Origin: Azolla caroliniana
Lineage: Eukaryota; Plantae; Polypodiophyta
NCBI GenBank assembly: GCA_043228905.1
Contig: JBHGNT010000018.1
Coordinates: 10,726,001 to 10,790,000, forward strand
Reading direction: 5' to 3'
Length of the DNA stretch: 64,000 bases
In this document: one piece after another, positions 12,299 through 22,584 of the stretch
Position numbering within the stretch: the stretch's first letter is position 1
Layout of the letters: every line of letters begins with the position of its first letter
Program-made: the position numbers and the translations under genes
Notes under the pieces: generated by a model
What the model saw: only the letters and a program-made list of their open reading frames with translations
Told to the model about the DNA's origin: nothing
Databases searched by the model: none

Positions 12299-13374
12299 TC
12301 TCAGCTTTCGCCCTCGAGGGTCTCGCGGTTCCGCTCATGGTTCGGTCTCACCGTCAGGAACTGGACCGAGTGACGCCCTTCCTGGCTCTTAACCCTTGCA
12401 TAGGCCGAGCCGTTGTCCAGCACCTTGATCTCCATCCGTGCTGCCGTGATGTACGGTTCTCCTAGTATAACCGGATGTGAGGACGCCTCCTGCACGAAGA
12501 AGTGCTGGTCAATCTCGACATCGCCGATCTTTACTCGTACGTTCGGGCAGGCTCAATGCAGTTCTTCGGTGGCACACGTCGCTGCCCGTATCTTTCACCC
12601 GTGCTTGGTGTTGATCGGCCATTTCCCCTTCTTATAGAAGTCCATGGACATCAAATTGATTTCTGAACCGTGGTCCACCAACGCCACCACCGGTTCATGA
12701 ACATCTCCAATCTTCACGGGGGTCTCCGTGGTCGCTCTGGCCCAGTGAGGCCTCGAATAGTGGCTCTCCACCAACTCGTCTTCCAGCGCCATGTCCTCTA
12801 TGTGCGTCGTCCGCACCTCCACTGGCTTCTCCGGTTCTGTCTCCGTCGACAGCCTCTTCCTCTTCACCAAGTCTACGATGGAGTGGTGGAACTCCTTCTT
12901 GGCGATCCCGAGCACTTCCCTCAGTGACAGTTCCACCTTGCTGTGGAGGATTCGTTCTTCCAGGACCTTTCGCATGTCTGTGGATCTTTTGATTTTTGTG
13001 CCTAGCCGGTACCCGCCCCTCTTGGGATTATCCTGGGCGCCGGTTATACCGGCCTCATTCCGTCTTTGCCCGAATCGAGTTTCATATCGCTGCGAGGGCC
13101 CGGCCCGTTCGGTTTTCCCTACTCGCTTGTCCTCCACCAGGGCCTCGTAGTTTTGACAAGCGGCTTCGACGAAGCCCGTCTTTTCTTCCACCGGGTCACT
13201 CCACCCGGTTACCTCCCGGACCCGTTTTTCCGCGCGGTCCACCTCTTCTTTCCTCAGCCGTGCGTCGGCGAGGCCTTCTAGCATCGTCGGCCAAAACCCG
13301 GCTTTGTTCGTTTTCGGGGCCTCGCCACCTCCGACCCGAATACCAGCTGATGCGGAGTAGTGGACGGTCTCCGC
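12289..13374 (-). pseudogene. gag: B gag C-terminal part and protease
   Basis: ORFs 12595-13380 and 12301-12495; LVDHGSEINLM, PVILGEPY. Confidence 0.8.
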
Positions 13375-13800
13375 TGTCATGAAGAAAACCGTCCGCGAGC
13401 GGAATCGGTGCGCCGGAGCATAGGAACCGGCGCTTCAAGCACGTACGCCTTACGTTGTACATAAGAGAGCATTAGGGACATAGAGGATCCTAGGTAGGTA
13501 GATTCAGTAGGTAGGAAGTTATTAGGAAACGGCTCCTTCCTTGCCTATAAAAGGGAGGGAGACGAGGAGGGGAAAAGGGAATCGCGGAGAGTCGAGGAGG
13601 AAGTGCTGTCGGTTTGTGTGCGAAGGCTTCTCTCTCTCCCTGGTTCGCAAACTCCATAGCTTCCTTCTGTGCAGGTTTCGGGAGGCTCGCGCTGCTCTGA
13701 GGAATGCCCGAGTGCTTCCGGTAGCACCTCCAACCTACTCCCTTTCTGTGCGTTTACGAACAGGTATCGACATCTGTTCGCCGGCCTGTTCGGTTGTAAC

Positions 13801-14855
13801 TAGGGATCGGCAACGATTCGGTTTAGGCTTAGCCGGTTTGGCCTGATCCAAGCCAAACCGGCTAAGCCTAAACCGTTTATAGGATCTCAAACCTGAGCCG
13901 AGCCGAGCCGAGCCGGTTCACAAACCGGTTTAGGCTAAACCGGTTTATGCTAAACCGGTTTGTGAACCGGCTTGGTAAACGGCTTGTAAACCGGTTTCCA
14001 AACCGGCTTGGAAACCGGTTTAGAAACCTCCGTCTCTCTCTCTCTCTCTCTCCCTACCTCCCTCTCTCTCTCAGATGATCCCTCCCACTCTCTCTCACGT
14101 CTGTGGTCTCGACTGTCTCTCCCTCTCCCTCTCTCTCCCCTCTATGTAAATCCTCTCTCTCTCCCCTCTATGTAGTTCCTCTCTCTCTCTCTCTCTCACG
14201 TCTATGGTCTCGACTCTCCCTCCCTCTCTCTCTCTCTCCCCTCTATGTAGTTCATCTCTCTCTCTCTCTCCCCTCTATGTAGTTCCTCTCTCTCTCTCTC
14301 TCTCCCCTCTGTGTAGTCTCTCTCTCTCTCTCTGTCTCTCCCCTCTGTGTAGTCTCTCTGTCTCTCCCCTCTATGTAGTTCCTCTCTCTCTCTCTCTCTC
14401 TTTCCCCTCTGTGTAGTCTCTCTGTCTCTCCCCTCTATGTAGTTCCTCTCTCTCTCTCTCTCTCTCTCTCTCCTTATATGTTGTCTCCCTCCCTCTCTCT
14501 CTCTCTCCTCGTTTGTGTAGTCTCTCTCTCTCTCTCTCCTTATATGTTGTCTCCCTCCCTTTGTCTCTCTCTCCTCGTCTATGTAGTTCTCCCTCCCTTA
14601 CTCTCTCTCTCTCTCTTTCCCCTTGTCTGTTGTCTCTCTCCCCCTCTCTAAAGTTTATAAACGGCTTAAACGGTTTATCCGGCTTAGCCGGCTTGAGCCG
14701 GTTTGGCGAGGCTCAAGCCAAGCCGAGCCGAGCTCAAACCATTAAGGCAAGTTCAAGCCTAAACCGAGCCGAGCCGAGCCGCTAAGCCGCTAAGTTGTTT
14801 TCAAGCAGGCTAAGCCAAACGGTTTAGGCTTGAGCCGAGCCGTTGCCGATCCCTA
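13801..14855. mobile_element. hAT-type non-autonomous element/MITE (1055 bp)
   Basis: 15-bp TIR TAGGGATCGGCAACG/CGTTGCCGATCCCTA; 8-bp TSD GTTGTAAC; subterminal AAACCGG/GAGCC repeats; CT-rich core; empty site in the partner LTR near 26505. Confidence 0.93.
14030..14650 (+). repeat. (CT)n microsatellite interspersed with CCCCTCTATGTAGTT units, inside the MITE
   Basis: Visible directly. Confidence 0.85.
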
Positions 14856-15080
14856 GTTGTAACCGACTTCGTGTTTTGTCGTCTGTCTTTGTTAATACAT
14901 ACATACATTCGTGTCTCTCTGTGTCGCTGTCCCACTCGCGTCTTGTGTCGAAGGGCCGTGTCCCCGTGAATCTACTCTCGCACGTGGTGGGTCTCTTCTC
15001 CTTTCTCTCTTGCTCTTCGGTACAGAACCCTTGTGGTCCCGCCTCATTCCACGCATCTGCGAGGAAAACCTCGACATCTT

Positions 15081-15098
15081 TGGTGAACCCGACGTGAA
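15081..15098 (+). promoter_or_regulatory. PBS of E, tRNA-Trp
   Basis: TGGTGAACCCGACGTGAA 4 nt after the LTR. Confidence 0.85.
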
Positions 15099-15120
15099 CG
15101 AGGCGGCAGAAGAGCAGAAG

Positions 15121-17247
15121 ATGAAAGGGTTGGATCTTGCGGAGGCCATGGCTTCGGCCGTGGATCGGATATTGAGCGCACGCGAGGGCTTCGGCGCCCT
15201 CGACAGAGCCATTGAGGCGGTCGTCGGTACGATCGGCCAGTTTAGCGGAAAGGATGCCACGAAGTATTTGGCGTCCTACGGGGCAGAAATGCTGATGCGG
15301 GACATTCCGGAAGAGAGGCGTCTTGCCGGGTTTCCTCGAGTGGCGATGCCGAGCATCCATGCGGAGGTGCTCGAGGTGCGGGCGGAGAGCCGTACCTGGG
15401 AGGAGTTCGAAGGCCGACTCCTGGAAAAATATGGGTTGGACGACGCGCTCCGGCTTTCGAAATGAGACTTCATGGAATGGGTGGAGTCCCCCAGCAAGGG
15501 AAGAAACGCGTCGGCACTCCTCCGGGAGTTCGAAGAACGCTTTGCGCGCCTGTTGGCGCTTGACCGAACCGTTCTGGATACGAGCCGGGTCCTACTGTTC
15601 GTCAAGTCGGTGGACGAGCGGGACAGGGATCAAGTCGGCTCCTTGCTGGAAACCGAAGACGGGCTGACAACCGACTGGGCTGCGGTTAAGAGAGTCTGTG
15701 GCCGTTTCGACAAACGGCGAGAATGGGCTGACAACGGGGCGGCCGGTGCGGGCTCTATCACAGCAAGGAGGCTTGAACCGGCACCGCAAGTGCGAAGGGA
15801 AGAAACCCGAGAATGGCTCGAAACCAGTCCGGCTTCGACCGGCATGGTTAATGGCTCGTCCGGAGGAGCAGCGCTGGAGGAGTTGACACGGGCGATAAAG
15901 GATCTCCAGATCGCCCAGACTCGAAGGGACGACGGCGAACCGGCTCGTGACCGACGGCCGACAGCGGGGAACAGGTGCATGTGCTGCGACGAGGTCGGCC
16001 ACATCCGGAAGGACTGTGGCGATTTCGCAGAAGTGTTGAGGAACCGGGTGGTGTACCTATGGGAAGGCCGGGTGCACGCCGGCGACACCAGAAGGGCCCT
16101 AAACCGAAACGACGGGCGAGGAGGAATGAAGAGACTGATGGAAGAGGCAGCGGCCCGACACGTGGAGGCCATCCACTACTCGGCGTCGGCCGACATTCGG
16201 GTCGGGGGCAGCGAGGCCCGAAAGGAGGGCAAAGACAGATTCTGGTCGGCAATGCTGGAAGGTCTTGCCGGCGCACGACTGAGGAAAGATGAAATGGACT
16301 GCGCTGAGAGACGGGTCCGGGAAATAATCGGGTGGAGCGATCCGGTCGAGGAGAAGACGGGCTTCGTAGAAGCCACCTGCCAGAACTACGAGGCTCTAGT
16401 AGAAGACAAGCGAGTGGGGAAAGCCGGAGTGGCCGGGCCTTCACAACGGTACGAGACCCGATTCGGGCAACGACGGAACGATGCCGGCGGGTCCAGCTCG
16501 CAAGATAACCCCAGGAAGGGCGGATACCGACTGGGGACGGAAATAGAAAGGACTACGGACCTACGAAAGGTCCTAGAGGAACGGATCCTCGACAACAAAG
16601 TGGAGCTGTCATTGCGAGAGGTGCTAGGGATCGCTAGGAAGGAGTTCCACGACTCCATTGTAGACTTGGTGAAACGGAAGAGGCTGTCGACGGAGACGGA
16701 ACCGGAAAGGCCGGTGGAGGTGCGGACGACGCACATCGACGACATGGCGATGGAAGACGAGTGGGCGGAGAGCCACTATTCGAGGGCGCACTGGGCCCGA
16801 GCAACCACGGAGACCCCGGTAAAGATCGTAGAGGTTCAGGAATCGGTGGTGGCACTGGTGGACCACGGTTCGGAAATAAACCTGATGTCCATGGACTTCT
16901 ATAAGAAGGGGAAGTGGCCGATCAACACCAAGCACGGGTGGAAGATACGGGCGGCGACGCGCGCCACCGAGGAACTGCATGGGGCCTGCCCGAACGTGCG
17001 AGTCAAGATCGGCGACGTCGAGATTGACCATCACTTCTTCGTACAGGAGACGTCCTCACACCTGGTCATATTAGGGGAATCGTACATCACGGCGGCGCGA
17101 ATGGAGACCAAGGTGCTGGACAACGGTTCGGCCTACGCGAGGGTCAAAAGCCAGGACGGGCGCCATTCGGTCCAATTTCTGATGGTGCGGCCGAACCACG
17201 AGCGAAACCGCGAATCCCTCGGTGACGAGAATCGGGAGGATTTTTAG
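15121..17247 (+). pseudogene. gag: E gag-protease ORF1 with one stop at 15463-15465
   Basis: CMCCDEVGHIRKDC knuckle; LVDHGSEINLM; ends REDF*. Confidence 0.85.
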
Positions 17248-17304
17248 AAAGGGCTGCCAAGGCGTGGGGCCGAGACAGCCCGGACACTCGGGAAAGACCC
17301 CACG
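17238..17304 (+). promoter_or_regulatory. Putative -1 ribosomal frameshift signal of E (GGATTTT + pseudoknot)
   Basis: Heptamer 17238-17244 abuts the ORF1 stop; -1 frame is open into pol; stems GGGCTG/CAGCCC and CGTGGGG/CCCCACG. Confidence 0.72.
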
Positions 17305-17768
17305 ACTGTAAGATAGAACCGAAACCGAAGAAACCTTGTACGATAGGCAGGAAATTTTGCTTCTCCGACGACGGAGGATGTATGATAGTCGGCATCGTTG
17401 GCCGAGAAAGGGCAAGGGCGGAGGAGCGACTTCGAGCGTGCGGAGTTCTCGGCCCGGACGAGGAAATCAGCGGGGCCGTGGAGGCGGTCTCCTTCGACGA
17501 CACCTTGGGGATGCTGCGGAAGATAGCCGGAGAAGACCTTAACGAAGACCGGACGATACCGGTATGTTCCGAAGAGATGCACGAAGTCATCGCGGACTTC
17601 AGTCAGGGGCTCGAGTCGGATCGGATAGCCCGAGTTAGCACGAAGTACAAGACTGTGGACCGGAAGGTAAGGCCGGTCGCGGCACCCTTGCCGGAGGGCA
17701 GCGAGTCCCGAATCAGAGGGGTTGCGTCGGACCCCAGTTTACGAGATCCGGCCTGCATAGGACACACC

Positions 17769-18469
17769 TGTTAGGAAATGGACGCTTTCAAAAAAAACTT
17801 TCACCTCTCGGCCATAACCGAGGAAACGCGAATCAATGCAGAAGTAAATCAAAAAGGACTCAGAGAGAGACTCTAATGCACAGGGTTTAGCGTGGAAAAC
17901 CCTAGGTGGGAAAAACCACGGGAGTGCAAGACTCCAACTATCACTATACGCAGGGAATGTACAATGGCGAGCTGCAAGGCGACGACCTTGAGCTCGCTGT
18001 CCTCGCCACAGGCGGGGGTATTACACAGAGGCGTCGACCTCTTCCTTTCTCTCTCTCTCGCTCTCTCTCTCGGCTGCTCTCACTTCGCTCCCTCTAAGTG
18101 GAAAACAGAAAATGAGCAACAACAACAAAACTGTTTGCCCTAAGTCATATTTATACACATATGACTTTCGGGCTATTTACAAATATAGCCTCGAGGGCCC
18201 TTGGCAAACATATTCACAAATATGTCCCCGCATCCGGATCTCTCTCCGGGTACATTCGTCATCCGGCTCCGTAGCCGGGGTCTTCATCATCCGGTTCCGA
18301 AACCGGGTCTTCATCATCCGGCTCCGTAGCCGGGGTCTTCATCATCCGGTTCCGAAACCGGGTCTTCGTCATCCGGCTCCGTAGCCGGGGTCTTCATCAT
18401 CCGGTTCCGAAACCGGGTCTTCGTCATCCGGCTCTGACCATCCCATCCGGAGGGACCGTAATCCCAACA
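17769..18469 (-). repeat. 3' LTR of D1 (3 x 55-bp U3 units)
   Basis: TGTTAG..CCCAACA. Confidence 0.93.
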
Positions 18470-18479
18470 AACTCCCCCT

Positions 18480-21400
18480 TCACTTCGGCATGGGATGTCT
18501 TTCCAGTCCGACCCTCTTCCGGCACGCTTCCAGCTTGTCGGGTGTGAGCACTTTGGTCAACATATCTGACCCGTTCTCGTCCGTGTGGATCTTCGTCAGC
18601 ACGAACTCCTGGTCTTCTATCCTTTCCCGGATCCAGTGATATCTTCGCTGGATGTGCTTCGTCCGTGAGTGATAGGCCGCGTTCTTCGCAAGGTGGATGG
18701 CACTCTGACTGTCGCAGTAGAGTCGGTACTCCTCCTGCCGGATACCGAGCTCTCTAATGAAGTCCTTCATCCATATTATTTCCTTGCCGGCTTCAACAGC
18801 CGCCATGTACTCCGCCTCCGTGGTTGACAACGCAACCGTCTTCTGCAGCCTCGACTGCCACGAAACAGCTCCCCCTGCATACGTCATCACATACCCTGAT
18901 GTGGACCGGCTGGTATCTGCATCAGCCGACATATCTGAATCGGTAAAGCCGTCGAGTTCAGGCTTACCGGAGCCGAATCGGAGGCACACGTTTGCCGTGC
19001 CCTTCAGGTATCGGAGTATCCACTTGGCCGCGTTCCAGTGCTCTTTGTCGGGATTGCTCATGTACCGGCTCACCACTCCGACTGCATATCCTATGTCCGG
19101 TCTTGTACACACCATTGCGTACATCAAGCTTCCGACGGCAGAGGCATATGGTACTTTCATCATGTCCTCCATCTCAGCCTTTGTCTTGGGGCTTTGCTTG
19201 CTGGACAACCTGCAGTTTGCCGGGAGGGTTGACCCGACCGGTCTTGCTTCCGACATGTTGAACCGGTGAAGCACCTTTGTCACGTACTTCTCCTGTGACA
19301 GCCACAACTGCTTCTCCTTCCGGTCCCGGATGATGTGCATCCCTAGTATTTGCCTCACCGGACCCAGGTCCTTCATTGAGAAGGTTCGGTGAAGCGCTTT
19401 CTTCAGCATCCGTATCTTGACCTGGTCCCGTCCGACGATCAACATGTCGTCTACGTACAGGTGGAGTATTAGAAAGTCTCCTCCTTCGAACTTCTTCACA
19501 AACACGCAGTGATCGGACTGCGTTTTGTGGTACCCTTCGTCGGTCATGAAAGAGTCGAACTTCCGGTACCATTGCCGGGGAGCCTGCTTCAGTCTGTAAA
19601 GGCTCTTCTTCAACCGGCATACCAGGTGCTCCTTCCCTTTCTTCTCGAATCCTTCCGGTTGCAGCATGTAGATCTCTTCTTCGAGGTCACCGTGAAGGAA
19701 TGCCGTCTTCACGTCCATCTGTTCTACCTCGAGGTCCATGCTTGCCGTTATGCTCAGCACCGTCCGGATGGAGGTCATCTTCACTACCGGGGCAAATATC
19801 TCGTCGAAGTCGACGCCCTTCTTCTGCTGGAACCCCTTCACCACGATCTTGGCTTTGTATCTCGGGGGGTTTCCGGCATCTCCCGGTTTCAGCTTGAACA
19901 CCCACTTGTTTCGAAGTGCCCGCTTTCCTTTCGGCAACTCCACAAGTTCATATGTGTGGTTCTCATGCAGGGAATCCATCTCCTCCTGCATGGCACTTAA
20001 CCACCTGCGGCTATGGGTGTCAAGCTTTGCTTCTTCAAAACTCTCCGGCTCCCCCTCGTCGGTTAGCAGCACGTGCTCTGGTTCCGGAAATCTCCGGGGG
20101 GCCCTTCTCTCTCTTAGAGGATATCTCCGTTCCAGAGCTTCGGTAACCGGCTCCTCCGTTTCCTCTTCATCCGAATCCATTTCGGGATCGGGGCCGGTTC
20201 CGGTATCAGTTTCATCTTCCTCGGCCGGTTCTGTTTCTTCACCGTCTTCGGCCGGATCCTCGAGTGCTAACCGGTCGCTTGTCGGTCGGGACTGCTCCTC
20301 GTAGAGTTGATCCTCACCGGTCGACTTGGAGCTCTTCATCTTCTTCTCCGACTCCCAGTCGGCGAGTGTCTTGTCCTCCATGAAGATGATATCACGACTC
20401 CGGAATATCTTTTTGTCGACCGGGTCCCATACTCGGTAGCCGAACTCGTCATCGCCGTAACCGAGGAATATGCATGGCCGGGTCTTTGGATCTAGCTTTC
20501 CTCTCCGGTCCTTTGACACATGCACATATGCGAGACATCCGAACACCTTCAGATGCCGGTAGGATACTTCCCTACCGGTCCACACTCTCTGCGGCGTGTC
20601 TCCGTCCAAAGGTACTGAGGGTGATCTGTTTATCACGTATGTCGCCGTCGACATTGCCTCAGCCCAAAACCCCTTAGGTAATTTCGCATGCGCCAGCATA
20701 CTCCGGACCCTCTCCATTATGGTCCGGTTCATCCTCTCGGCTAGCCCGTTCAGTTCCGGCGTCTTCGTCACAGTAAACTCGAGCCGGATTCCCTTCGAGC
20801 GACAGTACTCCTTGAACTGCCCCCGGTATTCCCCTCCGTTATCCGCTCGTATCGCTTTCAGCTTCTTGCCGGATTCCCTTTCCACTCTCGCGTGGAGTTC
20901 TTTGAAGACGCACAACACTTGGTCCTTTGTCTTCAACGGTGCCGTCCACAGCTTCCGGCTGTGGTCATCAATGAATGTCACGAAGTACTGGGCTCCGCCA
21001 TGTGACTTCGTTTCTACTTGACACACGTCAGTGTGCACCAACTCCAATGGTGCGCTACGTCTCGTCGGTGGCCTTGAGTGGAAGGAGATTCGGTTCTGCT
21101 TACCGGCCAGGCAATCGGTGCACTTCTCCAGGTGCACATGCTTCACTGGAATAAGGTTGTCTTCTGCAAGCCTCTTCATCCCCTTCTCACTCATGTGGCA
21201 CAGTCTCTTGTGCCACAGCTCACCGGCAGTGTCGGCTGCCACGTTCAACTCCTCCGGACACAACCAGGCATTCATAAGGTACAGTGTGTTGACTTTCCGG
21301 GCCCGAGCCACTATCAGGCTCCCCTTGCTGAACTTCATTATGCAGTTCTGGATGCTACCTGTGTAGCCTTCATCGTCTAGCCTCCCGGCCGAAATCAGGT

Positions 21401-22478
21401 TCAATCGAACCTCCGGAACGTGTCGGACATCCTTCAGCAACATTTTGCATCCGGTCGAGGTTGTCAACCACACGTCTCCTATGCCGGCAATCCGGCACGT
21501 ACCTTCATTTCCCATCCGAACACAGCCATGCTCACCGGTTGTGTAGGATGAGAAGTATCTTCTTTCCGGGGTCAGGTGGAACGACGCTCCGGAATCGACC
21601 ACCCAGGTAGTCTCATCGCCGGCAATGTTTAGTTCACCTTCTTCAGTGATGAGCATGATCTCCTCTTCACTTGCCGCGAGTGCCGTCGTTCCTTTCCGGT
21701 CCTGCCCTCGCCGATCCGAACCATTTCGGTCCGTGGCTCCCCGGTAAGCATCGTCCCGTTCCGATGACTTCTTCGAATCGGTGTTGTCGGCTCCGTTGTC
21801 TTTTCGGTAATGCCGACAATTCTTTCGGAAGTGCCCCGGCTTCCCACAGTGGAAGCATGTGGGCCTTCCTCTTGACTGCGACCGGGTCCCCGACTTCTCT
21901 CGTCTTTGCGGACTCCGGTTCCGTTGTCTTCCCCGATCCGATTCGGTAAGCAGCATCTTCGGATCGGAGCCCGGTTCTTTATCTCTCCGACGCGCTTCTT
22001 CGTTCAAGATGCTTGTCTTTACCGTTTGTAAGGACAAGTTATCTTCGGTGCAGGAGGTGCTGAGAGTCACCACCAAGTTCTCCCAGCTTTCCGGCAATGT
22101 ACACATCAGAATGATGGCTTGCATTGCATCCTCCAACGGGAACTTGATCGCCGCAAGCTGGTTCACGAATCCCATGAACGTGCTTACGTGTTCCACCATA
22201 TTCTCGCCGTCCCGGTACTTGAGGTTCACTATCTTCCTCATCAGGGAGGTCCGGTTCAACGCATTCTTCCTCTCGTAGAGGCCCGACAGCTTCTGCCACA
22301 TCTCATATGCGTTGGTGTCGTTCCCCACATGTTGTAGAACGCTCACGTTGACGTATTGCCGAATGGTTGCAACGGCTTTCCGGTTCAGAAGCCTCCATTC
22401 CGTCTCAAGTACCCCCTTGGGTATTTCCGACCTGTCGATCGGTTCATACAGGTCCCGAACAATGAGCAGATCCTCCAT
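18480..22478 (-). CDS. gag-pol: D1 gag-pol polyprotein (gag-PR-IN-RT-RH), 1332 aa open; likely true ATG at 22553 with a TGA at 22488-22490
   Basis: CFHCGKPGHFRKNC, WVVDSGAS, LVHTDV, DNGGEY, NGLAER, DVKTAFLHG, YVDDML, LSTTEAEY, SDMLTK. Confidence 0.95.
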   Translation of the reverse strand: MEDLLIVRDLYEPIDRSEIPKGVLETEWRLLNRKAVATIRQYVNVSVLQHVGNDTNAYEMWQKLSGLYERKNALNRTSLMRKIVNLKYRDGENMVEHVSTFMGFVNQLAAIKFPLEDAMQAIILMCTLPESWENLVVTLSTSCTEDNLSLQTVKTSILNEEARRRDKEPGSDPKMLLTESDRGRQRNRSPQRREKSGTRSQSRGRPTCFHCGKPGHFRKNCRHYRKDNGADNTDSKKSSERDDAYRGATDRNGSDRRGQDRKGTTALAASEEEIMLITEEGELNIAGDETTWVVDSGASFHLTPERRYFSSYTTGEHGCVRMGNEGTCRIAGIGDVWLTTSTGCKMLLKDVRHVPEVRLNLISAGRLDDEGYTGSIQNCIMKFSKGSLIVARARKVNTLYLMNAWLCPEELNVAADTAGELWHKRLCHMSEKGMKRLAEDNLIPVKHVHLEKCTDCLAGKQNRISFHSRPPTRRSAPLELVHTDVCQVETKSHGGAQYFVTFIDDHSRKLWTAPLKTKDQVLCVFKELHARVERESGKKLKAIRADNGGEYRGQFKEYCRSKGIRLEFTVTKTPELNGLAERMNRTIMERVRSMLAHAKLPKGFWAEAMSTATYVINRSPSVPLDGDTPQRVWTGREVSYRHLKVFGCLAYVHVSKDRRGKLDPKTRPCIFLGYGDDEFGYRVWDPVDKKIFRSRDIIFMEDKTLADWESEKKMKSSKSTGEDQLYEEQSRPTSDRLALEDPAEDGEETEPAEEDETDTGTGPDPEMDSDEEETEEPVTEALERRYPLRERRAPRRFPEPEHVLLTDEGEPESFEEAKLDTHSRRWLSAMQEEMDSLHENHTYELVELPKGKRALRNKWVFKLKPGDAGNPPRYKAKIVVKGFQQKKGVDFDEIFAPVVKMTSIRTVLSITASMDLEVEQMDVKTAFLHGDLEEEIYMLQPEGFEKKGKEHLVCRLKKSLYRLKQAPRQWYRKFDSFMTDEGYHKTQSDHCVFVKKFEGGDFLILHLYVDDMLIVGRDQVKIRMLKKALHRTFSMKDLGPVRQILGMHIIRDRKEKQLWLSQEKYVTKVLHRFNMSEARPVGSTLPANCRLSSKQSPKTKAEMEDMMKVPYASAVGSLMYAMVCTRPDIGYAVGVVSRYMSNPDKEHWNAAKWILRYLKGTANVCLRFGSGKPELDGFTDSDMSADADTSRSTSGYVMTYAGGAVSWQSRLQKTVALSTTEAEYMAAVEAGKEIIWMKDFIRELGIRQEEYRLYCDSQSAIHLAKNAAYHSRTKHIQRRYHWIRERIEDQEFVLTKIHTDENGSDMLTKVLTPDKLEACRKRVGLERHPMPK

Positions 22479-22568
22479 CTTTATCTTTCAGTCGGCGTAG
22501 TTCTGCGCATTCAGCACCATCATCCCCGGCTGCCCGCTGCTGCCGCCTTCCATTTTCTGCACTGCAGT

Positions 22569-22581
22569 CGCTCTGATACCA
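22569..22581 (-). promoter_or_regulatory. PBS of D1, initiator tRNA-Met
   Basis: TGGTATCAGAGCG. Confidence 0.9.
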
Positions 22582-22584
22582 GAT

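Larger units (their letters stand above)
13375..15076 (+). repeat. 5' LTR of E, interrupted by a MITE
   Basis: TGTCATGAAG..CTCGACA; 3' part matches ~26281-26724. Confidence 0.88.
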
